64,000 nucleotides of DNA from Chiloscyllium plagiosum (Eukaryota), in the NCBI RefSeq assembly GCF_004010195.1, contig NC_057757.1, positions 8,519,458-8,583,457 of the forward strand, written 5' to 3'. Both the position numbers and the translations under genes were made by a program. Each line of letters starts with the position of its first letter. The first letter of the stretch is position 1. The notes beneath the pieces were generated by a model. That model was not told where the DNA came from. It did no database searches and saw only the letters and a list, made by a program, of their open reading frames with translations. Shown in pieces: positions 24,290 to 38,605 of this stretch.

Positions 24290-25340
24290 CCAGAGCGCTA
24301 TTCCCTTTCTTGAACAAGGCAATAACATTTGCCAATCTTCAGTCATCTGGTACTACACAAGTGGATATTGAGGACGCAAAGATCATTGCCAAACGTGCAG
24401 CAATCTCTTCCCTCATTTTCCATTATGACTGACTATATCCCGTCTTGCCCAGAGGACTTATCTATCTTCACATTTTCCAAAATTTCCAGCACATCCTCCT
24501 TCTTAACATCAACCTGTTCGAGCACATCAGACTGTTTCATACTGTCCTCTCAAACAAAAGGTCCCTCTCACTAATGAATGCTGAAACAAAGTATTCATTC
24601 AGGACCTCACCTACCTCCTCCAGCTCCAGGCACAATATCCCTCTACTATCCCTGATCAGCCCTATCCTCACCATGGCCATCCTATTGTTCCTCACATAAG
24701 TGTAGAATGCCTTGAGGTTTTCCTTATTCCTGTTCGCCAAGGTTTATTCACGTCCCCCTCTAGCACTCCTAAGTTAATTCTTCCGTTCTTTTCTGGCTAC
24801 CTTATAACTATCCAGTGCCTTGTCTGATCCTTATTTCTGCAAAAGTAAGTAAGTTTCCTTCTACGTCTTGACTAGATGTTCCACATTTCTTGACGATCCA
24901 AGGTTTGTTCACCTTAACAGCCCTTTTTTTGCCTCAGCATGACAAACCTATCTAGCACTCCTAGCAAGAGCTCCCCAAACAATCCCACATTTCTGCTGTG
25001 AATTTCCATAAGAATATCTGTTACCCATTTTATGCTCCACATTTCCTGCCTCTTGGTATTGCAATTTCCCCTCACCAAATTAAATTCTTTCCATACAGCC
25101 TGTTCCTATCCCTCTCCCTGAATATAGCAAAGGTCAGGGAGTTATGATAACTATCTGCAAAATGAGCACCCGCCGAGATAGCTGACACCTGTCCTGGTTC
25201 ATTGGCAAGTACAAAATCCAATATGGCCTCCCTTCTAGTCATCCTATCTGCACATTGAGTCAGGAATCCTGCCCGGATGCACCTGAAAACATCTGCTCCA
25301 TCCAAGCCATTTGCTCTAAGGAGGTTCCAATCAATATTAA
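24290..25340 (-). mobile_element. CR1 LINE fragment
   Basis: ILDFVLANEPGQV, ENLKAFYTYV, LNEYFVSAF. Confidence 0.85.
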
Positions 25341-25434
25341 CGATAGGTCAGATCCCAGAGTGAAATCTGGATTGATAAATCATAGTTTGTTTTGCTCTAC
25401 CTTTAACAAGGTGGACTCTCACTGAAAAATGAAA

Positions 25435-26150
25435 ATAGACAATAGACATTAGACAATAGACAATAGGTGCAGGAGTAGGCCATTCTGCCCTTCGAGCCTG
25501 CACCACCATTCAATATGATCATGGTTGATCATCCTTAATCCGTATCCTGTTCCTGCCTTATCTCCATAACCCTTGATTCCACTGTCCTTGAGAGCTCTAT
25601 CCAACTCTTTCTTAAATGAATCCAGAGACTGGGCCTCCACTGCCCTCTGGGGCAGAGCATTCCACACAGCCACCACTCTCTGGGTGAAGAAGTTTCTCCT
25701 CATCTCTGTCCTAAATGGTCTACCCCGTATTTGTAAGCTGTGTCCTCTTGTTCGGCACTCACCCATCAGCAGAAACATGTTTTCTGCATCCAGGGTGTCC
25801 AATCCTTTAATAATCTTATATGTCTCAATCAGATCCCCTCTCAGTCTTCTAAACTCAAGGGTATACAAGCCCAGTCGCTCCAGTCTTTCAGCGTAAGGTA
25901 GTCCCGCCGTTCCTGGAATTGACCTGGAGTAAACCTATGCTGCACTCCCTCAATAGCCAGAATGTCTTTCCTCAAATTTGGAGACCAGAACTGCACACAG
26001 TACTCCAGGTGTGGTCTCACTAGGGCCCTGTACAGCTGCAGAAGAACCTCTTTGCTTCTATACTCAATCCCTGTTGTTATGAAGGCCATCTTTCTTCACT
26101 ACCTGCTGTACCTGCATGCTTGCCTTCATTGACTGGTGTACAAGAACACC
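25435..26150 (-). mobile_element. Young CR1 LINE 3' end with (TCTATTG)n tail
   Basis: LYRALVRPHLEYCVQFWSP, RRLRGDLIETYKII, FFTQRVVAVWNALP. Confidence 0.92.
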
Positions 26151-27009
26151 AGCACATAAACACATAATATTGGGGATTTTACTTTGGTAAGAAAACAGAA
26201 GATTATGGAGCAAAAAATGAAGATGAAATAGAATAAACCAACCTATTTAATTATAAAGCAAATTCATAACGATTTAAACACACAGCAAATGTATATTCCC
26301 ATTCACCTGAAACCACATGTTTCAATGTTCAAAGAAACACATCCCTTATGCAGCATCCAACAGCAATGCCTTGTACTGTAGCCACACCAGCATCCCTTCC
26401 TCTAACATCACAATTGGTTTAATGGAGCTGCGACTGTAGTTGCTGGACTAGAACCTCTGATAGCTATTTCCTGGAGCTGTCCTACATCTGGGTCTAAACA
26501 AACTCAGTTTCAAGTTTCACTTCAACATGTTCAATCTGAGACGATCATTAGTTCTTTACTCGAAGGTAATCTAGTTTCACCCCTTCTCAGGAGCACTGCT
26601 CTATACTGTAAAACCAGTTCCAAACAAGGGCTTCACGGAAGTGTCTGATTTAAAACAAAATTGAATAGCAATCTCTCACTGTAAGATTTAGGTGTTTGCA
26701 TTGACCTTAATGTACCTCATTTCTAACATTTGAACAATCTCAATACACAACAGTCTACTTAGCTAAGTCGTGAAACATTCCAAAGTAAAACCGAAAACAC
26801 ATTCATCTGCCCAGGTAACACACAAACCATTTGAAAAAATTCTGACACTTCGAAAAATTTTGGGTCAGTACAAATCAGTAACCACCAATTACCTTAGCTA
26901 CAGAAACACTTACAAGTAAATAGTTAACTGTTGACACACAAAAGCCCCATATGTAAATAACTCAAATACATATTTTAAAATAAATCAGGAAGTTTATTAC
27001 ACAACTGCC

Positions 27010-29043
27010 TACATTTTGTGCAAATGTCTGATTCAACCACCTTCGGGCAGTGAATTCCAGACTCCCACCACACTCTTGTGAAAATATTTCTACTCAACTT
27101 TCCTCTCAGTCACAGACCTTTTCGCTTAACTCAATGACAACTGGTTATTGACCCCTCTGCACATAGAAAAAGTGCCCTCCCATCTATCATATCTATGGCC
27201 TTCATAGCCTTAAACACATCTAAAAGCTCTCCTCTCGACCATCACTACTTCAGGTAAAACAACCCAAGCCTGTCCAATCTTTCTCCACAGTTCAGACCCT
27301 CCAGCCCATGCAGCGTGCTGGTAAATCTCCTCTGCATCCTTACGAGTGCAAGCACATCCTTTCAATAATGCAGTGACCAGAAATAAAAGCAGTGTTCCAA
27401 TTGCGGACTCACCAGCATTTTATACAGTTCCAGCATAACCTTTCTTGCTCTCGTGCTCTGTTCCTCAATTAATAAACACGAATATCCCAAATGCATCTTA
27501 ACCACCTGTCTTATCTGAAAATGGGCACACCAAGTCCCTCTGACCTCCAGTACTCTCCTGGGTATTACCAATCATCGTGTAATCTCTTGCCTTGTTAGTC
27601 CTCCCCAAGTGCATTGCCTCACACATTTCTGAGTTGAATTCCTTTTGCCATTGCTCTACTCAATTGACCAGTCCATTGGTATCCTCTTACTGTTTATGGC
27701 TACCCTCCTCATTATTTACCACGTTAATATTTGCCACCTTACCAGTTTTTTTTGTGTCGTCTGTGAATTTCTTCATGAAACATTTAAGTCCGACACAAGT
27801 AAAGACATTCAACCTTGTGCCCTTTTGCAGGAAGAATAGAAAGACAGAATATTGTTTCAATGCAGACAGAAATGTGAGGTACTGTGGTAATCTGGGTGTA
27901 CTGAATCACAAATAAAGTTAGTACTCAGGTAAAGCAAGTGATCAGGAAGGGAAGTTGTATGTTTTTACTCATTGAAAGTGCAACAAAATATATGAGTTGA
28001 GATGTTTGACTGCAATTTATAAACATTGTTGAGGCCAGATCTGAAGTACTGTGTATAATTTCCATCTCCAGATTGAAGGAAGGATCAATATAACTTATGT
28101 ACAGCTTAGATAAATTTAACTCAAGGGATTCCGGGAAATGGGATGGGTACATTTCTATCAGGAAGTGTCAGATATGTTGGGCCTGTATCGATTGGAGTTT
28201 AGGAGAATGAGAGGGGGGCTGTTGAAACAAATGCATCCAGAAGCGACCTTGGCTGGGCAGCTTTTGAAATGCTGTGGGATAGAATGAACTGATAGCCACA
28301 GTTTTAAAATAAGGTGTCACTCACTTATTAAAGCAGATATGAGGAAATGCTTTCACTCAGAGAATCGTGCATATTTGGAATATTCTTCCACAGAGAACTG
28401 TGGATATGGGATCCATGTTTGATTTCAATGCAGAGGTTGATGCCTTCTTGACTAGCAACTGAGTCAAGGTGTAGGAGACATCATGGAAACATAGATAATA
28501 GGAGCAAGAGGCGCCTATTCGGCCCCTCTGTCATTCAATATGTTCACGACTGTTCAAAAACAATGTGGAGTTGAGACAGCGATTTGATCACCCTTAGTCG
28601 AAATGAATGGTGGAGCAGGTTAGAGGGGCTGAAAGGCCTCATTCATATATTTACATGTTGGTCACCAAGACAAAGCTATCTAATTATTCACAGATCCCTG
28701 AAGTCAGCTGAGCATGTGAGTAGGATGTGAGTATCGAATGTGGCATAGCATATAATAGCAAGGAGGTAATGTTGGAGCTGTACAGAGCGTAGGTCAGGCC
28801 ACAGCTGGAGTATTATGTGCAGTTCTGATCGCTACAATACAGGAAGGATCTGATAGCACTAGTGGAGATACAAAGGAGGTTCACCAGGATGTTGCCTGGG
28901 ATGGAGAAATTGCGTGATAAGGAAGACTCGAGAGGGGAATATGATTGAGATGTATAACATTCTGAGGGGTATGGACAGGATGAATATAGAGCATCTGCTC
29001 CCCTTGGTTTAGGGCTGAGTTATGAGGTGGAATAGTTTTAGGG
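27010..29043. mobile_element. Cluster of old CR1 3' fragments (27010-27780 minus; 27820-29043 plus)
   Basis: Degenerate RPQLEYCVQFW and WN.LP motifs. Confidence 0.7.
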
Positions 29044-29692
29044 TGTTATGGATCAGACCAAAAAATATTAACAGGATAGATTAGATCTTAACTATTTTAA
29101 AGACAAGTGCAAGGAATTGCATTCCAGATACAATTCATTTGTTCAAATTATTAGTCTTGAAACAAACCTTTATTCATAAAGTATAATTAAAATACAACAA
29201 AAGAAAAAAAATGAATTTGGATAACTTAACTCAATTGGAAAACTTAACAGAAGAATAGATTATTGAACGACTAAACAGGTAATGTTCAATTGCAGTAATA
29301 TCCCTTCAACACACTCTTGGAAAAGGCAAATTCAGTAAAATAGATTGCCTCATGCAATTCTCCAGTCTGGGAAGAAATCCAGCAACAATAAAACTCAGAG
29401 AGAGAGAGAGAGAGAGAGACAGGGATATATATGCTACAGCTTCCAAACCCCACTTCAAACACCCAGCAACTGCTGGTGAAAAACTAAAGCTCAAAATCTT
29501 AGTTCCGTGGGAGCGTGAGTACACTCACTCAGGCTGCTTCTATTATTCCAACCTTTTAAAAAAAATGCAAGGCTTCACAAGCTGATTACCTTATTGGATC
29601 CAAATGGACAGCTCTATGCATCTGTCTAAAAACCTCACTTTATATAATAAACCAGGACAAAATACACCTCTGAAAGCTAGAATATCTTTATA
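29044..29692 (-). mobile_element. Gmr1-type solo LTR
   Basis: Begins tgttatgga, the reverse complement of the LTR end tccataaca; similar to 13838-14420. Confidence 0.65.
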
Positions 29693-32600
29693 ATTCCCCT
29701 GCAAAGAAATGAATCATAAATGTATAAAAAGGTTTCATTTTGAAAAATATTTAGTCCTACGATATAAGTACACAATAGTTGTACATTACGTTAAGTATTG
29801 TGAAGAAGCTGCTCCCATAGCAAGGTCAAATTGTCCTCGGGTTTCTTTCAGAGAGGTTGTAAATGACACAGGTTTACATTTAAGGTTGGATGGATATGAA
29901 GGCAAATGTGTTTACAGCTAACAAATAACGTCTCAAGCAGGAAGCTTTCATGTGTGTGTGTGTGTGTGTGTGTGTGTAAAGACTGCTGTCCCCTCTGTAT
30001 CTCTCTGACTTCTTTCCTTAAGAACGTGTGTGCCATTTTACCTTTTCTGACAAGGAGTGTTTATTATGTGAGGATTGTTGCAAGTATCATTAAGTTGGGA
30101 TAGTGTATTGGGTTTTCAGACAGGATAAGTTATTTGGTATTCTGATTTCTGTTCTTTGTGTTTCATTCAGTAACTAAATTCTCTTCTGTTAAACACTAAG
30201 TGATTCTCTTCTAGATTACCCACTTTACACCTGCTTAAAACCATTAGCAAAGCTGGGGTCTGAGCTACCTTTTTGAAATGATTTGAGGAGTCCAGTCTAG
30301 TCCATAACAGATTAAGGGCTCTTTGTGGGATTTGTTCTGTCATTCCAAAGTAGGATAGAATTGTAGGACTCAATGGCAGCGAGTGGTATGTGTTAGTGTC
30401 TTTTGTTTAGGATATTGATTTTGGTTGTTGTACACAGTGCTTGGGAGAGCAATGGCTCTTTAAGACACAAAGAGTTTTCTGGGAGGAAAGGAGTGGAAGA
30501 CGTGAAGTTGAGGGTTTTATAAGTACATAATAGTTGTACATTACATTGAGTATTGCGAAGAAGCTGCTCCCATAACAAGGTCAATTGTCCTCGGGTTTCT
30601 TTCAGAGAGGTTGTAAATGACACAGGTTCTGAAACGTCTAAGGTTTCAGAAAACCTTAGATATCTGAAGGTATCTGAAAACCCAATACACTATCCCAACT
30701 TATTGATACTTGCAACAATCCTAACATAATAAACACTCCTTGTCAGAAAAGGTAAAATGGCACACACGTTCTTAAGGAAAGAAGTCAGAGAGATACAGAG
30801 GGTACAGCAGTCTACACACACACACCCCCACACACCCCAGACCAGTGAAAAGCTGAGTTGAGGGAACTGGCCAGATCCTTTTTTAAAGGTGGTTAAGGCC
30901 ATGCGGCGGGAATTAGCAGGCCAGCTGGAGTTGGTGCTGCCTGCTTCCATGACTAAGGGAGAGGTAATTACAGTAATAGCACAGCACCATCAGAATCTTT
31001 AGAAATGGCTAAAATTCAATTGCAAATGAAGCAGCTCGGGTTAGAGACAAAATGCAAGGAAAAGGCAACAGAAATGAAACAATTTGAATTACGACTAAAA
31101 GCAGAAGACAGAGGAAAAGTAGAGAGCATCTGAACTTCAGAAATTGGCACTTGGACAGGCAATTCAGCTTAAAAGGATGGAGATGAAGGCAGAAGATAAG
31201 TTCAGTGAGGAAGATAGTGAGGATGTGCAAACCCATGGTAGCTAATGACCTGGTGAGAAACTGTTCAAATATATTCAAGCATTGTCTCAATTTGATGATA
31301 AGGATGTGGACGCCTCTTTCATTTCATTTGAAAAAAAGTGACTAAACAAATGACTATGTGGGCATTTTTGATCCAAACAAAGTTGGGAGGTAGGCCGAGT
31401 GAGGTATTTGCATCACTTTTGGGGGGGGGGGGGTATCTGGGGAGTTTGAGGAAATGAAGAAAATCATTTTAAGTGCATATGAGCTTGTGCCAGAAGCATA
31501 TAGACAACGTTTCAGGAATCTAAGGAGGGAACCTGGTCATACCTATATTGAGGTTAAAAGAATCAAACAAAGTAATTTTGATAGGTGGATAATAACATTA
31601 AAAACAGAGCAAACCTACAACGCTCTTAGAGAGACAATTGTTTTGGAGGAGGTCAAAAATTTATTTCCTGAAGTAGTGTAAATTCATGTGCAAGAGCAGA
31701 GAGTTAAAATGGCAATATTGGCATCTAAAATGGCTGACCGTTATGGGTTGGTCTATAAAAGAAATCTTGGCTTCTAGAATCAATTTCAATCCATGCAGAA
31801 TAGAATTTGTGGAAAAGAGAAATCCTGACGTGGAAAGTGAAAGGTAGATCTCGGTGAAGCAGATAAGGAGAATTTACCACAGGGTGAACAGGAAACCCTT
31901 GAAAGGGACAGAGAATTTAAAAAAGCTCTGGTGGTTTCACTGCAATAAAATTGTCCATTTGAAATCATAGTGTTGGTGGGTAAGGAAAAGTGCTGGGTAG
32001 CCAGATATAGGAAAATAGGGACAGTCTTTGAATTTTGTTGGAGTGATAACAGAAAGTACAGTGGAGACTGGAAAGTCGCACCAGAATGTACAAGCTGGAG
32101 GCTGATTAAGGAGGAAGAGACAGATCTCCTTAAAAAATACAGCTGCGAAGGTAAAGTTTATTCACATTGGCCACGGGCAGCTGTTAAAGAGGTTAAAATA
32201 TGAAGAGACACAGCATCCTCTCAATCTGTGATTCTAAAAGATGAGTAGATATGTACTTCTGGAGGACTGTTGCCAGAAAAGGTCCTGGTGACGGGAATTC
32301 ATGGTGAGACAAACAGGGCTCAATTATGTAAAATGGGGCTAGAGTGTCGAGAGAAGGGTAGAGAATTCATGATAGGAGGACTGAACAAACTCTCAGCCAC
32401 AGGAGTACAATTTGTCCTTGCTAACGATGTAGCTGATCCAGTGAAAACTCAGGCAACTGAACAATTGCAGGACACATATCCTGGAATTTTGATGATTGTA
32501 GGGTAACGAGATCAAAAGTCAGCAGTTGAAACAAGATAGAACAAAGAATATAGATACTAAAGTTGAAGTGGAATTAGCAGAGACCCTCTTTGATCAAATA

Positions 32601-34367
32601 GTTGAGACAATGCAAACATCTTTAGCTCAGATAAATTAACTGAGTTCCAGTAGAAAGATGGAACCTTAAAGAAGTTTTATCAAAAGGCATACACGGAAAT
32701 GAAATGTGAATGTATCCCTGAGTGTTACTACCTTAAAAATGATATTTTAATTTAGAAACAGAGACCATCACGTATTCAGGAAGATGAGAAATGGGCAGAA
32801 ATTCATCAAATCGTATTTCCAGTGAGTTATAGAAAGGAGGTGTTGCGACTGGCGTCATTTAGGAGTGATGAAAACACAAACTAAAATACTAAAACATTTT
32901 TACTGGCCTGGACAGCGCAAGGATGTAGTTGAATCTTGCCAGACGTGTCATCCATTGAAGGTAATTGGAAACCCACAGGCGGTAATAAAACCTGCACTTT
33001 TATTACCTATTCCAGCATTTGAAGAACCTTTTACAGGTGTCTTAATTGATTGTGTAGGTCCCCTACCTCAAACAAAATGTGGGAATCAGTATTTGGCCAC
33101 AATAATGGATGTATCAACTAGATTTCCAGAGGCCATCCCATTGCACGATTTTATAGCTGAAAGGATTGTTGTGGAATTACTCATTTTATTGACAAGATAT
33201 GGACTACCAATAGTGATACAATCAAATCAATGCTCACATTTAAGGAAGTTATGGACAGCTGAGGAATGAAACAATTGAAATCTACTGCACACCATCCTGA
33301 GTTACAGGGAGCGCAAGAAAAATGGCATCAGATATTAAAGACCATGTTGAGGACGTATAGTATCCAGATGAATGAGATAAGGGAATTCTGTTTGTACTTT
33401 TTGCAATCAGGGATACAGCAAATGAATTGACCAATTTGAATCCATTTGAATTAGTTTCTGGGCATGAAGTGAGAGAACCACTAAAAATGATTAAAGTGAA
33501 ATTGGTAAGTCAGAATTCAGAGACAAGATATTTAGACTATGAATCAAATTTGAGGAAACAATTGAATAGTGCTGGGAAGTTACCTAGACAACATTTAAAA
33601 GTGTCTCAGCATCTAATGAAATAGGAATCAGACAAGCAAACAGAATTTCATAATTTTGCTATCGAGGATAATGTGTTAGTGTTATTTCCAGTGATAGGTA
33701 AACCATTGCAAGCAAAGTTTAGTGGACCTTTTCAAGTCGAATGAAAATTTAATGCAGTGAACTACTTAATAGGGACTCCGGATGGAAAGATATCCCACAG
33801 TGTGTATCACGTGAATATGAGCAAAAGGTATTTTGACAGGGAAGCAAAGCAAGAGGAGAATGTATTATTGAATAGAAAACAGAGGGAAGAACCAAGCCCG
33901 ATTCTGAATTGGACATTTCTCAAATTAAGTTAGACAATGAAGAGGTTGCCAAATATTGGATGAAATAGTTGAGTTACCTTCCCAAGGAAAATCAAAATCA
34001 ACTGAAAGAGTTATTACGATCACATGGGGAGATAAGTGGAAATAAGCTGGGAAGTACTAACCTAATTATGCATGATGTAGACATAGGAGGTGCTGTTCCG
34101 ATTAACCAACATCCTTGTTGACATAGCCCTCGAAAGTTGGCACAGATTCAGATGGAGATTAAACACAAGCCCCAAGATGACATTATCTAAATAAGTTGCA
34201 GTGACTGGAGCTCACCCATAGTTTTGAAGACAATGTTGAGAAGGTGGGACAAGCAACTTATATTTCTAAGTTGGACGTGCTCAGAGGATACTGACAGGTA
34301 CCTTTCTCAGAAAGATCAAAGACAACTTCAGCTTTCGTAACACTGAATGGACTGTATCAGTTAAAAG

Positions 34368-34730
34368 TATAGAATAGAACAGAATCCATTCAGTGTGGTA
34401 ACAGACCCTTCAGCCCAACAATTCCGCACCTACCCCCCGAAGTGTAACCCACCCACATCCATGCCCCTACCCTATTATCATAAACACATCCCTGACTAAT
34501 GCACATAACTACACAAACTTGGACACTGTGGGCAATTTCCTATGGTCAATTCACCTAATCTGTGCATTATTTGATTGTAAGAGGAAACTGGAGCACCCAG
34601 AGAAACCCACACAGACATGGGTGAGAACATGCAAACTCCATACAGACAGTTAACCCCAGGTTGGAATCGAACCTGCGTCCCCGACATTGTGAGGTAGAAG
34701 TGCAAAATACTAAGCCATTGCACCGCCCTT
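34368..34730 (-). mobile_element. HE1-type SINE inside the Gmr1 RT
   Basis: A/B boxes and (TTCTA)n tail. Confidence 0.85.
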
Positions 34731-36229
34731 AAGTGGGCATGAAAATTCCATCAGCCACATTTTAGAGACGAAGCAATAAGGTCATTGCCCGATTACCCAA
34801 CTGTGTCATTTTTTTATTCACACATGGAAGGCACATTTGTAACATTTATCCAAATTGGTTGATCAACTTCGGAAGGCGGGCGTAGTGATAAACCTGGCTA
34901 AAAGTCAATTTAACAAAGCCTAAGTCCTCTTCCTTGGCCATGTCATTGGACACGTGCAAATGCCCCCACGGGATGCAATACCAAAGGTAATTGGGGAGTG
35001 TCCCATACTACCGACAAAAAGAACAGCACTACGGTTGCTGAGATTGAGTTGATTTTATAGAAAATTCGTACCTAATGTTCACAGTGTTGCTGTTCCACTC
35101 ACTGAATTGCTACAGAAGCAGAAAAGGTTTCAATGGACAGCAGACTATCAGAAGGCATTTGACAGCCTGAAAGCTGTATTAACCACTGTCCAATATGAGC
35201 CACTCCTATTTACACAACGCTATCGATGCAGGTGATGTGAGTATCAGTGCTGTGCTCTTGCAAGCAGATGACAAGAAGATAGAAAGACCTATCAGTATTT
35301 CTCCAGGAAGTTGAGCATTCCTCAGCAGAAGTATTCGACGTTTGAGAAGGAGACTTTGAGTTTCATGTTGGCATTATAACATTTCATATGTATGTTGTCA
35401 GTAATGCACCAGGGTGAATGATATACGCTGATCATATCCCATCGACGTTTGTGGACAAAAATGCCAGATTGTTTCGCTGGAGCTTGTTGGTACAGCCATT
35501 CAGTTTGAAAATTGTGGCAGGACGAGAAAGTGTGATTGCTGCATTGTCAAGACTCGAAATTAGATACAGTGGCATTCGGTGACAGGAGTACAACAGACTG
35601 AGGCGGAATGTAGTTGCACATATTTGCATGTTTCTAGTCAATATAACATATATGTGTGTGTTTAGAATACAATCAATTTCTTTTAATGGGTTTTAACAAT
35701 GAAGTGATCTTTGGATATTATTGGTTCTTTTATTTAAGGGGGGAGGTGCACTGAAGCTGTTCCTAGAAGAAGGTTACGTTGTCCTTGGGGTTTTTTTCAG
35801 AGAGGTTGTAAATGACACTGGTTCCAAAATGACTCAAGTTGGATGGATTTTATGACCAATATGTTCACAGCTGACAGATACTGTCTTAGGCAGAAGGCTT
35901 TTTTAAAAAAATCTTGTACAATGAAGGAGGAATGGCCAGTCTGTCTGCTCATCTGTCCTCTGGTCTGGTTTGTGTATGTGTGTGTCTGTCCATATCTGTG
36001 TATGTGTGTTGTGTGTCTGTCCGTGTGAGAGAGAGAGAGAGAGAGAAAATAAAGGATGCTTGAGCCTTTCTCTCTCTCTCTGACTTCATTGTTTTATGAA
36101 CCTGTGTTTCATTTACCTTATGTGCCAAGGGGTGTTTATGGAAATTGTTGCAAGTATTTTGGAACGGAATCATTAAGTTTGGATAGTCTCTTGTGTTGTC
36201 AGATAGGAAACGTTATTCGGTATTCTGTC

Positions 36230-36527
36230 AGATTAGATTAGATTACTTACAGTGTGGAAACAGGCCCAACAAGTCCACACCGACCCGCCAAAGCGCAACC
36301 CACCCATTCCCCTAATTTACCCCTTTTACCTAACACTACGGGCAATTTAGCATGGCCAATTCACCTAACCTGCACATCTTTGGACTGTGGGAGGAAACCG
36401 GAGCAAACCCACACAGACACGGGGAGAATGTGCAAACTCCACACAGTCAGTCGCCTGATTCGGGAATTGAACCCGGGTCTCTGGTGCTGTGAAGCAGCAG
36501 TGCTAACCACTGTGCCACCGTGCCGCC
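36230..36527 (-). mobile_element. HE1-type SINE inside the Gmr1 3' LTR
   Basis: ggcacggtggcacagtggttagc A box, gggttcaattccc B box, (AATCT)n tail. Confidence 0.9.
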
Positions 36528-36779
36528 GTGTTCTTTGTGTTATGAAGGTGCAGAGGTACTTCATAATATTTGTACTTCATTCAGTAATGTTGGAAATGCA
36601 TTCCGTTTTGCTTACAACTACACAGTCTGACGAGGTGATGGTCTCCTGGAATACCCACGGTACACTTGCTTAAAATAAAATAGCAAATTGAGAGTCTGGG
36701 CTACCTCCTAGAAATGTTTTGAGAGGGCTGACCTGGTCTATAACAGATTACACTTGCAAACATTCATTAGTATATTTCA

Positions 36780-38605
36780 GTACCTGTTTTCTCCATCACT
36801 GAACGCCTCCATCTTCCTTCATCAAAGTCACAAAAAGGCGTTGACAATTACGTTTTCTCTTCCTGCCAGGTGTATAATTTTCAAATTGAATGGCCGTAAT
36901 AATAATCTTTGTACAAACAGTCTGGAAGTTTTGTGCTTGAACTTCTCTAAACATTTATGGAGTTTTGATATATGTACAATTATCTCAGTCGCCTCGCTGG
37001 CAGTACAAATATTGAAATGTTGCAAAACCAAGTGCAAGGTTTCCTTATCAATCATAGAATATTTCTATTGATGTTTATTCAATTTTCTGTAAAAGATCGA
37101 ACAGGTCTTTCTAACCTCTCATTACCTTACATAGAACATGGAGCATAGAACAGTACAGCACAGTACAGGCCCTTCAGCCCTCGATGTAGTGCCGGCCATT
37201 TATTCTACTGTAAGGTCAGACTAACCTGCATACACTTCATTGTACTAACTTCCATATGCCTATCCAAGAGTGGCCTAAACAGCTCTAATGTATCTGACTC
37301 TACTACCAATGCTGGCAGGGCATTCCACACACACCACTCTCTAAGTAAAGAACTGACATCTCCCCAAAACCTCAGCCAATTGCCTTAAAATTATGCCCCC
37401 TCATGATAGAAATTTCCACGATGGGACAAAATCTCTTACTATCCACTATCTATGCCTCTCGACATCTTGTACACTTTTATCAAATCACCTCCCATTCTTC
37501 TTCACTCCAACGAGAAAAGCCCTAGCTCCCTCAACCTTCCTTTATAAAGCATGCCCTTCAGTCCAAGCAGTATCTTGGTAAAACCCCTCTGCACCCTCTC
37601 AGAAGCGTCCATATCTTTCCTACAATGATGCGACCAGAACAGAATGCAATATTCTGAGTGTGGTCTAACCAGGACTCGATAAAGCTGCAGCAAAAACTCG
37701 CAGCTCCTCAGCTCAATCGCCCTGCTAATGAAAGCCAACATAACATAGAGCCTTCTTACCAACCCTATGGGTGCTTGCCACCTCAAATTGGGTGGCAACT
37801 ATGAAGGATCTATGGATATGGACCCAAGCCCCTCTGTTCCTCCACAATGCTCAGAATCCTGCCTTTAACCCTGTATTCTGCATTCAAATGTGACCTTCTG
37901 AACTGAATCACTTCACACTTTTCCAGGTTGAACTCAATCTGCCACCTCTCGGCTCAGCTCTGCATCCTGTCAATGTCCAGTTGCAAACTATGAAGCGTTC
38001 ACACTATCCACAAATCCACCAACCTTCATGCCATTTCCAAACTTACTAATCCGCCCTCCTGCTTCCTCATGCAAATAATTTATAAAAATCAAAAACAGCA
38101 GAGATTCAACAACAGATCCCTGTGAAACACCACTGGTCACCGAGCTCCAGTCTGAATAGTTTTTATCTACTACTACCCTCTGTCTTCTATGGGCTGGTCA
38201 ATTCTGATTTCCCTGTATCCCATGCCTCCTTATTTCTGAATGAGCCTACCATGAGCAACCTTATCGAACACCTTACTAAAATCCATATACAACATGTCCA
38301 CTGTTCTACCTTCATCAATGTCTTTTCCCAAATCCTCAAAGAACTTAATGAGACTTGTAAGGCATTACCTGCCCCTCACAAAGCCATGCTGACTACCTCG
38401 AATCAAACTATGTTTCATTGACTAGTCTTCATGCAAGAATACAACATCGGACCCCATATTACTAGCACCTTGAATGGCTTTGCGTAATTAATAATGGCTA
38501 ACACTGGAGCAAATGCCTTCCGACAGTCTGCTGTCCACTGACATTTTCTGTGCTTCTTCAATAAGTCAATCAGTGGAACTACCACGTTGCTAAAATTTGG
38601 TTCCA
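36780..38605 (-). mobile_element. Gmr1 RT/RNase H fragment split by a CR1 (37130-38415, minus)
   Basis: WTADCRKAF..PVLA at 38416-38605 continues as IDKETL..PFNLKIIHLAGRENV at 36830-37125. Confidence 0.8.

Larger units (their letters stand above)
29799..36745 (+). mobile_element. Decayed Gmr1-like Gypsy LTR retrotransposon
   Basis: 5' LTR 29799-30309; SCAN-like gag ~30840-31960; protease RDTASSQS ~32205; integrase 32860-33850 (IDCVGPLP, DVSTRFPEAIP); RT 34050-35000; RNase H to ~35550; PPT aaggggggagg ending 35746; 3' LTR 35747-36745. Confidence 0.88.
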
